Origin: Ktedonobacterales bacterium
GTDB taxonomy: Bacteria > Chloroflexota > Ktedonobacteria > Ktedonobacterales > DATBGS01
Assembly (NCBI GenBank): GCA_036557285.1
Contig: DATBHW010000007.1
Location: forward strand, 17,657-81,656
Length of the DNA: 64,000 nucleotides
Direction of reading: 5' to 3'
Positions 1 to 8,519 of the stretch are shown here, in pieces. The notes beneath the pieces were generated by a model, which saw only the letters and a list, made by a program, of their open reading frames with translations, was not told the DNA's origin and made no database searches. The translations under genes and the position numbers were made by a program. The first letter of the stretch is position 1. Each line of letters starts with the position of its first letter.

Positions 1-831
1 AAGGTGCTGGACCGGCTTGAAGTCGTCTTTGATCCCATTGATGAAGCCGAACGCCAGGCAGCGCGCAAAGCGGGCAAAGGCTCGGAGAAGCGTCGTCCCT
101 ATGATGTCCTGCTGGCAACCAATATGGTCTCGGTTGGGGTTGATGTGAAGCGCCTGGGGTTGATGGTTGTGGCCGGTCAGCCCAAGACGACAGCAGAATA
201 CATCCAGGCCACCAGCCGCATCGGTCGCAGCCAACCGGGCCTGGTTTGCGCTGTCCTCAACTGGGCGCGCCCGCGTGATCTCTCTCACTATGAGCAGTTT
301 GAGCATTACCACGCCACCTTCTATCAGCACGTGGAGGCGCTCTCGGTCACACCCTTCTCGGCGCGTGCCCTGGATCGCGGCCTATCGGCGCTGCTCGTGG
401 CCTATGTGCGGCTGCTTGGGCTGGAGTTCAATGAGAACGCCCATGCTGGCCGAATTACCGGCGGCCACCCGTATCTCCAGCAGGCGATTGCCGATCTTAC
501 CGGGCGCGCCCGGCTGATTACCGGCGATTCGGAAGCTGGTGATTTCGTGCGCCGCGAGCTAGAGGAGCGTATAGACGCCTGGCTGGAGACCGCCCGGCGA
601 GCTACGGGCGGGCGCATCCTGGGCTATCGAGATCGCTCTGACGGTAAGACGCTTGGCCTGCTGCGCGCGCCTGATCTGCGCGCCTGGCAGCCGTTCACCT
701 GCCTGACCTCGCTGCGCGATGTCGAGCCGATGATCCGGCTGATTCTGGATGAGCGCAGCCTGGAGAGCGGGCCAGAGCGCCCGCTGGTACCCGTTGCCAG
801 GCTGGAGCCAGAAGGAGAGCAAGAGGCGTGA
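1..831 (+). CDS. Superfamily-2 helicase, C-terminal part only (5' end lies outside the window); DrmA-like (DISARM-type)
   Basis: The frame is open from base 1. Helicase C-terminal motifs 'LLATNMVSVGVDVKRLGLMVV' and motif VI 'YIQATSRIGR' are followed by a ~200-aa extension. The stop overlaps the GTG start of the next gene (GTGA at 828-831). Confidence 0.8.
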   Translation, partial: KVLDRLEVVFDPIDEAERQAARKAGKGSEKRRPYDVLLATNMVSVGVDVKRLGLMVVAGQPKTTAEYIQATSRIGRSQPGLVCAVLNWARPRDLSHYEQFEHYHATFYQHVEALSVTPFSARALDRGLSALLVAYVRLLGLEFNENAHAGRITGGHPYLQQAIADLTGRARLITGDSEAGDFVRRELEERIDAWLETARRATGGRILGYRDRSDGKTLGLLRAPDLRAWQPFTCLTSLRDVEPMIRLILDERSLESGPERPLVPVARLEPEGEQEA

Positions 832-2723
832 CCTACGGAGCAGAAGCCAAAAAGCATTATGTGGGCGATTTGCGCCCGCATCAGTTGCTCACCACTTTTG
901 GCGTGGGAGCAGTGGTGGACCTGCCCAACCTCTCTGTTATGGTGATGGGCCTGGAAGACTGGCAGACGCAGCCTATGACCGAGATTGGCGAGGAGCGGCT
1001 GCGCCAATGGGTCCGTATCCTGCTAGGCTATCAGGTAGATCGCCTGCTCGCGCTGCCGGTGTCACAGGATAGTGGCCCCTGGAACGAGCGCGCCCTGGGA
1101 GAAAACGCGCTGGTAGGTGTGCCGGTGGCCGCGTTTCCACGCTGGATGGTCTGCCCGTTCTGCCGACTCCTGGCCCCGCTGGACTCCGATCTCTTCGAGT
1201 TGAAGGCCCATCCCTTCCACCCCGAGAATACACGCTATCTGCACCGCAACTGCCAGCGGGCGGCCCGCCCTCCGGCAGCCATTCCGGCGCGCTTTCTCGT
1301 CGCCTGCCAGAACGGCCACCTCGATGATTTTCCCTGGGACTATTTTGTCCACCAGGGACCAACTGATTGCCAGTCACTCCTGCGGCTCCGCGAGTTCGGC
1401 GTATCTGGCGAAGCAGCGGACATCCAGGTCTTCTGCGAGGTCTGCCAGCGCGGACGCCCGATGTCGGCAGCCTTTGGCGAGGAGGCCAAAGCGTCCATGC
1501 CGCTTTGCCGGGGTCGCCGTCCCCACCTGCGCGACTATGAGGAGGACGGCTGCACCGAGCAGATGAGAACGATTCTACTGGGAGCCTCCAATAGCTGGTT
1601 CCCGGTGCTGCTTTCCGCGCTCTCGGTGCCGACGGCGGTTGACCGGCTCGGCCAGTTAGTGGATATGCACTGGCATGTGCTGGAAAGGACTCACAACGTG
1701 CAGGAGGTCGCGCTCCTGCGTGATATTGGTTCCCTACCGCAGTTTGGCAGCTACAGCGCCGAAGAAATCTGGGAGGCTGTGGAACGCAAGCGGAGCGGGC
1801 AGGACACCGCCGCAGCCAGGCCGACCAACATCAAAGTGCCGGAGTGGACCATCTTTACCCATCCCGAAGAGGCTCCCAGCCTCCCACAGTTTCGGATGAA
1901 AGCCGCCCCGGTGCCGTCTCGCTACCAGGGCACCTTCTCGCGCATTGCCCTGATCGAACGGCTGCGCGAAGTGCTGGCATTAGTGGGGTTTACGCGCATC
2001 ACCTCCCCCAATGATTTTGGCAGCGCAGAGGAGGTGCAGGGCGAACTGAGCTACGCGCCCCTCTCGCGCCAGCCGACGCGCTGGGCGCCCGCCTCGGAGG
2101 TGCACGGCGAGGGCATCTTCATCCAGTTTGATGAGCAAACCATTCAACACTGGCTACACGCCATCCCAGCCGTTGAGCGCCGACGGCAGGAGTTTCGGGT
2201 GGCACATCACCGCTGGTGCCAGCAGCGCCACCTTGACCCCCAGCAGATTCGCTTCCCAGATGCGCGCTATATCTTGCTGCATACCTTCGCGCACGCGCTG
2301 ATGCGCCAGCTGTCGCTGGCCTGCGGCTACACAGCGGCAAGCCTACGAGAGCGCATCTACTCGCTGCCACCAGATCACGAGGATGGCCCGATGGCCGGGG
2401 TACTCATCTACACGGCTGCGCCCGATAGCGAGGGAACCCTGGGAGGTCTGGTGAGCCTGGGCCAACCTGAGCAGCTAGAAAGGCACATTGATGCCGCGCT
2501 GGAACGGATGCGCTGGTGTGCGTCGGATCCTCTCTGCGCCGAGCATTCGCCTCTCACGGAGATGGTCGTCTTGCACGCGGCGGCCTGCCACGCCTGCCTC
2601 TTCGTGCCAGAAACCTCCTGCGAGCGCGGCAACAAATATCTGGACCGTTCGCTCCTGGTGCCCACCATTGAGCATCCCGATCTCGCGTTCTTTGATACCA
2701 GCGAACCCAAAAAGAGCCGTTAA
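828..2723 (+). CDS. DUF1998 (MrfA-type Zn-binding) domain protein, DrmB-like
   Basis: 631 aa. C-terminal 'HTFAHALMRQL...LIYTAAPDSEGTLGGLV...CASDPLC...AACHACLFVPETSCERGNKYLDRSLL' is the DUF1998 signature. Several N-terminal CxxC pairs (CPFC, CEVC) are present. Translationally coupled to the upstream helicase. Confidence 0.8.
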   Translation: MTYGAEAKKHYVGDLRPHQLLTTFGVGAVVDLPNLSVMVMGLEDWQTQPMTEIGEERLRQWVRILLGYQVDRLLALPVSQDSGPWNERALGENALVGVPVAAFPRWMVCPFCRLLAPLDSDLFELKAHPFHPENTRYLHRNCQRAARPPAAIPARFLVACQNGHLDDFPWDYFVHQGPTDCQSLLRLREFGVSGEAADIQVFCEVCQRGRPMSAAFGEEAKASMPLCRGRRPHLRDYEEDGCTEQMRTILLGASNSWFPVLLSALSVPTAVDRLGQLVDMHWHVLERTHNVQEVALLRDIGSLPQFGSYSAEEIWEAVERKRSGQDTAAARPTNIKVPEWTIFTHPEEAPSLPQFRMKAAPVPSRYQGTFSRIALIERLREVLALVGFTRITSPNDFGSAEEVQGELSYAPLSRQPTRWAPASEVHGEGIFIQFDEQTIQHWLHAIPAVERRRQEFRVAHHRWCQQRHLDPQQIRFPDARYILLHTFAHALMRQLSLACGYTAASLRERIYSLPPDHEDGPMAGVLIYTAAPDSEGTLGGLVSLGQPEQLERHIDAALERMRWCASDPLCAEHSPLTEMVVLHAAACHACLFVPETSCERGNKYLDRSLLVPTIEHPDLAFFDTSEPKKSR

Positions 2724-2789
2724 GACACATCTGCCAGGCACGAGCTGGATGCTCAATTTGCGGAATGGACGAGGAATGCTATGTAGCAT

Positions 2790-3158
2790 TTGACGATTCG
2801 TGTCCCCTGGCATCAGAACCGTTGGAACGGCACCGTTTGCGCGGCTCCCTCCGGAAATCCCTACTGCCTGGTCCTTAAGCGTATTCACCAGGAGCGCGAT
2901 GATGCCAGGGAAGATGGACTTCAGGGGCGCTCCTGGAGTGTGCTTGAATCAGGCGAGCTTCCACTCTGCAAAGCGGAATCGGCTGCCCTTATGAATGACT
3001 GGCCCTGGAGACGCACCTTTGAACACGTCTACCATCGCAACCCGAATGCTGCTGCTACGCACGGCCACCTCAAGCCTGCGACGATCATAGTGCTGCCCTA
3101 TACAACCTTTGCAGTTCCATATTCATACCACTTGCCCTCCTCAGTTGAGCCATACTGA
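2790..3158 (+). pseudogene. N-terminal fragment of an unknown protein in the third position of the defence operon; truncated
   Basis: TTG-start ORF beginning 'TIRVPWHQNRWNGTVCAAPSGNPYCLVLKRI'. The reading frame runs into visibly AT-richer DNA from about 3100 and terminates after 122 aa. No recognisable catalytic motif is preserved. Confidence 0.4.
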
Positions 3159-3182
3159 TGTTTCTGATTAGGAGACCTATCA

Positions 3183-3497
3183 ATGATTAACTGGCCTCAC
3201 GATATTGGTATTGTTGCCATTTCTGTTATTCTGTCGGCCTTACTATCCGGGGGTGGATGGCTCTTAGTTCGACTTTACGAGCGGCGGAATGCTCGGCTTT
3301 CTGTCATAGCAGAGGTTGCAGTGAACTTTAATGCTCTTACTGAATTCCGGGATACTCTCAAGTCAGCTTCGGTCATCCGCTCGAGGCGGGTCAGCTCATG
3401 GTTCCGGCTCTCCATCAATCCACCGTTGCGATCCCTCCTCCCACTTATCAGCGTGCTCAGGCCAAAGCCCAGCCTGCCCTGCACCTGGATGCTCTGA
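3183..3497 (+). CDS. Orphan small membrane-anchored ORF, probably cut by the IS remnant
   Basis: AGGAG lies 8 nt upstream of the ATG. One N-terminal TM helix (IGIVAISVILSALLSGGGWLLV). It sits in the AT-richer patch, and its 3' part overlaps the first transposase frame from about 3398. Confidence 0.3.
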   Translation: MINWPHDIGIVAISVILSALLSGGGWLLVRLYERRNARLSVIAEVAVNFNALTEFRDTLKSASVIRSRRVSSWFRLSINPPLRSLLPLISVLRPKPSLPCTWML

Positions 3498-4440
3498 CCC
3501 TGGTCTCCCGTCTCCATTTGCTGGCCCTCTGTCGGTTCGCGGTACGCCTGGCGCAGCGGCGGTGTCCACCCCCTTTACCAGCTGGTCCCGGAGGGCATCC
3601 GAGGGTCTACTCGTGACGCTTCGTTGTTGCTGATCGCCTTGCTCCGAACACTCTGGCGTCTCTCCTACCAGGATATGCGCGATTGGTTGCGTAGTTGGCC
3701 GACCTTGGCGCTCGCGTGCGGATTGCCCTCGATGCCCATGGTCAGCGGCGTATCCCCTCTCCTTCCCAACAGTGGAAACGTGAGCGGGCTGCCGGAGCCC
3801 CGGTAGGCGAGGCGTTGCTTATCCTGGCAGTGCAAATTGCCATCCGCTGTCGGCTCATCGGCGCTCGTGAGCCTCTTCATCGATAGCGCCCCCATCCTGG
3901 CGTGGTGGCGACGTGATCCTGATGCCCAAGTGAGGCACGCTCCGGCGCACCACCCACGTCCGCTGTTACGGGGGTACCGGGTGCATACCCTGCTGTGCCG
4001 GGGTTCGGGCTTGCCGCTGCTCTTTCTCTTGTCTCCCGCGAGCGTGCATGATGCGCCCTTTGTCCGACCGCTGCTTGCCTGGGCAGTCTTGCTCTATCGG
4101 CTGCGTCCTCGTATCATCCGCCTGGATGCGGGGTATTGGGGTTTGCGTCTGATTGCCTGGATTCATTCGGCGTTAGGCGCGGAGGCGGTGGTCCCGTGGA
4201 ATCCCAAACGGCAACGCAACCGCTCCTGCTTGCCACCCACCTGGACCGCCGAGGAACGCGGGCCTACGCACGAGCATTGAACGGTTCTTTGGGCGCGGCT
4301 TCAGCCTGTTCAGTTACTTCCGCGTGCCTCGCCCGCCCCTGTGTGGCTGGTCGGCAGTAGCAAGGCGGGTGGCTTTGACCTATACTGCCACGATTGTTGT
4401 CGCGCTTCTCTGCCTATCAGGCAGGACGGCCTGATCTCAT
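3398..4440 (+). mobile_element. IS remnant: IS4/IS5-superfamily DDE transposase pseudogene with at least 4 frameshifts
   Basis: Transposase-like peptide is spread over four listed ORFs (3398-3616, 3624-3806, 3695-3886, 3837-4280) plus an unlisted frame after 4261 ('SIERFFGRGFSLFSYFRVPRPPLCGW...'). Typical segments are 'LLLIALLRTLWRLSYQDMRDWL', 'IDSAPILAW', 'LLRGYRVHTLLC' and 'IRLDAGYWG'. A 1-nt insertion makes an in-frame TGA at about 3610. Ends and inverted repeats were not determined. Confidence 0.75.
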
Positions 4441-4584
4441 TCGCTCGCCCACACGCGTCGGGCCAGCATCTGTCCCGAATCTGGCGCTGGGCCTTCGTAA
4501 CGCTTTCCGTAACGCTGCCGTCACGTAGGCATGGTATGCTGCGACAAGAACGAGGTCTGCTCCCGGCGAAGGAGGAATCCAGCG

Positions 4585-5967
4585 ATGACTCAGCCATCTG
4601 CTGCGCTTGCCACTCTGCACGACGCTGCCATGCCCCGTGATCCCGCTCCCCGCATACGTAGGCGCTGGTTGCTCGTTGCGCGCAGCGCCTGGCTGCTGAT
4701 CGCCGCAGGCGTGCTCGCCAATTTTCTCCTCGGCCTCCCGGCCTACGCTGCCCAATTGCAGACGGTCTGCACCTCGGGCCCCTTGCGCTGCTCCGCCCTT
4801 TCCCTGCCCACGCCTGCCAACGTCCAGGCGCTGCAGCAGGTGGGCCTCTCGTTGGAGGCGTATGCTGCCGTCAACATCTCGTGGCTCGTGGCCGTCTTGC
4901 TGGTCTATCTGGCCGTCGGAGCGCTCATCTTCTGGCGCAAGTCGCAGGAGTGGTATGGCCTGTTTGTCTCGCTCCTGCTCGTCCTCTTTGGCGGCAGCTT
5001 CACCAATCCCAGGCACGCCATTGTCTCTGGCCCGGTCCCGCTCCCGTTTCAGCTCCTCCTCGAGCTCTCCTCGCTCGCCGAGTGGCTCGGCCTGCAGGTG
5101 TTTCTCTTGACCTTCCCCACCGGGCGGTTTGCGCCCCGCTGGACCTGGGGGGTGGCACTGTTGCAGGTGGCGTGGGTCGGCTTCTTCTTCTTACCAACGC
5201 CCTACGACGCCCCCCAGTGGCCTGGGCCCCTCTTCCCCGTCGGCCTCCTGCTGGCCCCGGGCAGCATCGCTGCGGTGCTGGTCTATCGCTACCGGCGGGT
5301 GTATACCCCGGTTCAGCGCCAGCAGACGAAGTGGCTGGTCTTTGGCTTTGCGACGGGTGTGGTGGTGGCGGGGCTTTCGAACCTCCTTGGGGTGGTGGTT
5401 CCTGGACTGAGCGCGCCTGATGCTCCGTACCAATTGCTGAGTAACTTCTTTCCCGGCCTACTCTACGTGTCGATCCCGCTCTCGGTGGGGGTTGCCATCC
5501 TGCGCTACCGGCTGTGGGACATCGATACGATCATCAACAAGGCGCTGGTCTATGGCTCGCTGACCGTGCTGCTGGCTGCCCTCTACGGGGGCCTGATTCT
5601 CGGGTTGGAGAGTCTGGCCGGGCAATTCACTGGCCAGGCCACAAGCAATCCGCCGGTGCTGGTCGTCTCCACCCTGGCGATTGCCGCGCTCTTCGTGCCC
5701 GTGCGGCGCCGTATCCAGGCCAGCATTGATCGGCGCTTCTATCGCCAAAAGTATGACGCCCAGCAGACGCTGGACGCTTTCTCAGCGACGCTGCGAGAGG
5801 CGCTGGATCTGGAGCACTTGCGCGAGCATCTCCTGGCGGTGGTGCAGGAGACGATGCAGCCCGCCCATGTCTCGCTCTGGCTGCGCCCGCCGACACGGCT
5901 CCCCACCGAGCAAGCCCAGCGCCTGGATCCCCGTGAGGATGGGCCCAGCAGGCCAAGCTTGGACTGA
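4585..5967 (+). CDS. Polytopic membrane protein, sensor-like N-terminal module without an output domain
   Basis: GAAGGAGGAA lies 8 nt upstream of the ATG at 4585. About 9-10 hydrophobic helices are followed by 'IDRRFYRQKYDAQQTLDAFSATLREALDLEHL...VSLWLR' and a Pro-rich tail. No kinase or cyclase motifs. Confidence 0.7.
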   Translation: MTQPSAALATLHDAAMPRDPAPRIRRRWLLVARSAWLLIAAGVLANFLLGLPAYAAQLQTVCTSGPLRCSALSLPTPANVQALQQVGLSLEAYAAVNISWLVAVLLVYLAVGALIFWRKSQEWYGLFVSLLLVLFGGSFTNPRHAIVSGPVPLPFQLLLELSSLAEWLGLQVFLLTFPTGRFAPRWTWGVALLQVAWVGFFFLPTPYDAPQWPGPLFPVGLLLAPGSIAAVLVYRYRRVYTPVQRQQTKWLVFGFATGVVVAGLSNLLGVVVPGLSAPDAPYQLLSNFFPGLLYVSIPLSVGVAILRYRLWDIDTIINKALVYGSLTVLLAALYGGLILGLESLAGQFTGQATSNPPVLVVSTLAIAALFVPVRRRIQASIDRRFYRQKYDAQQTLDAFSATLREALDLEHLREHLLAVVQETMQPAHVSLWLRPPTRLPTEQAQRLDPREDGPSRPSLD

Positions 5968-6098
5968 ACGGGTCAGCAACTCGAAGGGCAGGAGGAGGTT
6001 CTCTACAGGAGGCGCAAGAATATCTGGCAAGCGGCGCTAACAAGTTTAGAAATGCCCTCAGGGGTTCTTATTAACCCATTTCGCTGCGGTTGTTGCGC

Positions 6099-6815
6099 TC
6101 ATTCTTGATCGGCTTGGAGTGCCTGATAATACGCACATTCCAGCCGCAGCGGACAATGTGCGCAGGCCGGGCGCTGTGCGTGGCAGATTCGCCGCCCATG
6201 TCGAATCAGATTCACATGCAAGGGATACGCCCACTCGGCGGGCACGATGCGCTCAAAGACCACGTGCTCCTGGTCCGCCGACACCTTCGCCCCAATCAGC
6301 CCTAGCCGCTTGCTTACTCGTAGCACGTGCGTATCCACTGGAAAGGCAGCAAGCCCCAGCGAAAACAGCAGGACACAGGCCGCTGTCTTTGGCCCCACAC
6401 CTGGCAGCGAGCGCAGATACTCACGCGCCTCCGAAAGCTGGTACGTCTTCAGCAGATCAAGCGAGAGCGGCCCGCCATTGAGCCGACTCGTCAGCACACG
6501 CAGCACCTCTTGAATGCGCGGCGCCTTCATATTTGCTAGCCCACCGGAGCGAATCGCCTGCGCCACCTGCGCCACAGGCGCGTCGCGCACCTGTTCCCAG
6601 GTGGGAAACGTCGTCACCAGCTGCCGATACGCCCGCTCTGAGTTCACATCCGACGTATGCTGCGAGAGGATGGTGCCCACCAGCCCGCCCAGCGCATCGC
6701 CGTCGGGGAGCCAGTCTGGCTTGCCATACGCCTGAACGAGCAGGGCATATATCCGTTCCAGCTTAGGCGGCGCGGTGATTTCAACGCTGGTGAGCGGTGT
6801 GGCTTCTATAGACAT
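6099..6815 (-). CDS. Endonuclease III-like HhH-GPD DNA glycosylase with 4Fe-4S loop
   Basis: HhH 'LPGVGPKTAACVLLF', 'VDTHVLRVSKRLGL', and the Cys-x6-Cys-x2-Cys-x5-Cys cluster 'CHAQRPACAHCPLRLEC'. Start moved to the ATG at 6815 because TGCTATAAT lies inside the longer ORF. Confidence 0.85.
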   Translation of the reverse strand: MSIEATPLTSVEITAPPKLERIYALLVQAYGKPDWLPDGDALGGLVGTILSQHTSDVNSERAYRQLVTTFPTWEQVRDAPVAQVAQAIRSGGLANMKAPRIQEVLRVLTSRLNGGPLSLDLLKTYQLSEAREYLRSLPGVGPKTAACVLLFSLGLAAFPVDTHVLRVSKRLGLIGAKVSADQEHVVFERIVPAEWAYPLHVNLIRHGRRICHAQRPACAHCPLRLECAYYQALQADQE

Positions 6816-6821
6816 GGCAAA

Positions 6822-6830
6822 ATTATAGCA
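6822..6830 (-). promoter_or_regulatory. Extended -10 (TGCTATAAT) placed 6 nt before the ATG of the glycosylase gene; predicts a leaderless mRNA
   Basis: The minus strand reads TGCTATAAT-tttgcc-ATG. No Shine-Dalgarno sequence is possible in 6 nt. Confidence 0.4.
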
Positions 6831-6902
6831 TACCAGGCTGACCACGCATCAAGAGAAGCAAAGCCTTGCAAACCAATCAGCGGCACGCGCGTAGAGCTGA
6901 GA

Positions 6903-6932
6903 TTGCAGCGCCTTCAAGCCAGATGCTAGAAT
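6903..6932 (+). promoter_or_regulatory. Candidate sigma-70-type promoter for the one-carbon operon (TTGCAG-N18-TAGAAT)
   Basis: Hexamers were read directly; an upstream TG gives an extended -10. It lies 48 nt upstream of the 6980 start. Confidence 0.35.
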
Positions 6933-6979
6933 GCGGCGGCAAGAACTAAATAAAGCTACACGCAGAAACGGAAGCACGC

Positions 6980-7606
6980 ATGCAGCAAGAGCCTCTAGGT
7001 GTCTTTCTCGATCAACTCGCGTCCAGCGCGCCCACGCCGGGCGGCGGCTCGGTGGCGGCGCTGTGCGGCGCGCTCTCCGCCGCGCTGAGCAGCATGGTCG
7101 CAAACCTCACGCTGGGACGCGAAAAATATCGTGAGGTAGAACCGGCTATCCGCGCCGCGCTGAAGCAATCCGAGCAACTACGCGCCGAATGCGCCCGGCT
7201 GATCGCTGACGACATCGCCGCCTATAGCGCGCTCTCAGCCGCCTATAAACTTCCCAAAGCCACGCCAGATGAGCAAGAGACGCGCTCCGCGCAGATTCAG
7301 GAGGCGCTCAAGGGAGCCGCCGAAGCACCCTTGAGCATCGCCGAACGGGCGCGCCAGGCGCTGGACCTCTGCCAAACACTGGCAGAAATTGGCAACCTCA
7401 ACGTCATCAGCGACGTGGGCGTGGCCGCTGTCACAGCACATGCCGCGCTGGAAAGCGCCGAACTGAACGTACTCATCAACCTGAAAGCCATCAAAGACCG
7501 GGCGCTGGCCGAGGCGCTGCTGCAACGCCTGAATGCCGCCAGAGGGGGCGCGGCGCCCATGACCCAGGATATTCTGGCGACGGTGCGCGAAAAGATGGGC
7601 GTCTGA
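6980..7606 (+). CDS. Cyclodeaminase/cyclohydrolase family protein (methenyl-THF cyclohydrolase / formimidoyl-THF cyclodeaminase type)
   Basis: N-terminal 'PTPGGGSVAALCGALSAALSSMVANLT' is the FTCD C-terminal domain signature. All-helical, 208 aa. Confidence 0.8.
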   Translation: MQQEPLGVFLDQLASSAPTPGGGSVAALCGALSAALSSMVANLTLGREKYREVEPAIRAALKQSEQLRAECARLIADDIAAYSALSAAYKLPKATPDEQETRSAQIQEALKGAAEAPLSIAERARQALDLCQTLAEIGNLNVISDVGVAAVTAHAALESAELNVLINLKAIKDRALAEALLQRLNAARGGAAPMTQDILATVREKMGV

Positions 7607-7656
7607 CACTATCTCGACACGATCACGACACCACCCTGATACGACAAGGAGACACG

Positions 7657-8502
7657 ATGCCTGCGCAGATTCTGGATGGACGGGCGCTGGGGGCCATCAT
7701 CAAAGATGAACTTAAGGCGAAAGCCAGAAAGCGCGCCGAGGAGTTGGGCTGGCCGCCAGGACTGGCGATTGTGCGCGTCGGCGAGGAGGCCGCCTCTGCC
7801 GTCTATATCAAGCAGCTTTTGCGCGTGGCCGCCGAGATCGGCGTTGACGCTCAGCTGATTTCATTGGAAAGCGATAACACCATTGACGAGACGCTGAGCA
7901 CAGAGCTCAGCCGACTCAACGAAGACGCCCATATTCAGGGCATCATCATTCAGATGCCGCTCCCGCCGCACCTTTCGCAGCAGAGCGCCGCCAACGCCAT
8001 CGCTTCCACCAAAGATGTTGACGGCATCAGTCCGCGCAGCGCGGGAAATCTATTTCTTGGCTTGCCTTCCTTTGTCCCTTCCACCAGCGCCGCCATCATG
8101 GAGGCGCTGGACCGCGCAGGCATCAACCCGGCGGGCAAGCGCGCTGTCGTCGTCGGGCGCAGCAACGTCGTTGGCAAGCCGCTCTCATTTCTCCTGCTCC
8201 AGCGCAACGCCACCGTCACCATCTGTGGCCGCCAGACCCGCAGCCTGGGCGCCATAACACGCCTGGCCGACATCCTGGTCGCGGCGGCTGGTCAGGCCAG
8301 ATTGATTACCGCCGAGATGGTCAAGCCAGGCGCAGCCGTCATAGACGTGGGCATTAACGTCAAGCCGGAGGGCGGCATCACCGGCGACGTAGATTTTGAG
8401 GGCGTCAAAGCGGTAGCCGGAGCGATTACGCCCGTCCCCGGCGGCATCGGCCTGCTCACGAATCTCATGGTCATGAAACAGGTCATCGAAGGCGAGCGAT
8501 AG
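7657..8502 (+). CDS. folD: Bifunctional 5,10-methylene-THF dehydrogenase / methenyl-THF cyclohydrolase
   Basis: 'ILDGRALG...', 'VYIKQLLR', 'QMPLPPHL', 'KDVDGISP', 'VVVGRSNVVGKPLSFLLL', 'TPVPGGIGLLT'. AAGGAG RBS. Confidence 0.95.
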   Translation: MPAQILDGRALGAIIKDELKAKARKRAEELGWPPGLAIVRVGEEAASAVYIKQLLRVAAEIGVDAQLISLESDNTIDETLSTELSRLNEDAHIQGIIIQMPLPPHLSQQSAANAIASTKDVDGISPRSAGNLFLGLPSFVPSTSAAIMEALDRAGINPAGKRAVVVGRSNVVGKPLSFLLLQRNATVTICGRQTRSLGAITRLADILVAAAGQARLITAEMVKPGAAVIDVGINVKPEGGITGDVDFEGVKAVAGAITPVPGGIGLLTNLMVMKQVIEGER

Positions 8503-8519
8503 CATCGAGGCAAGTGCTC

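Noticed and set aside
3060-3100. 'HGHLKPATII' in the truncated ORF as a PLD HxK motif (DrmC)
   Set aside because: It lacks the downstream Asp and the GSxN of HxK(x)4D(x)6GSxN, and it lies at the point where the frame enters foreign AT-richer DNA.
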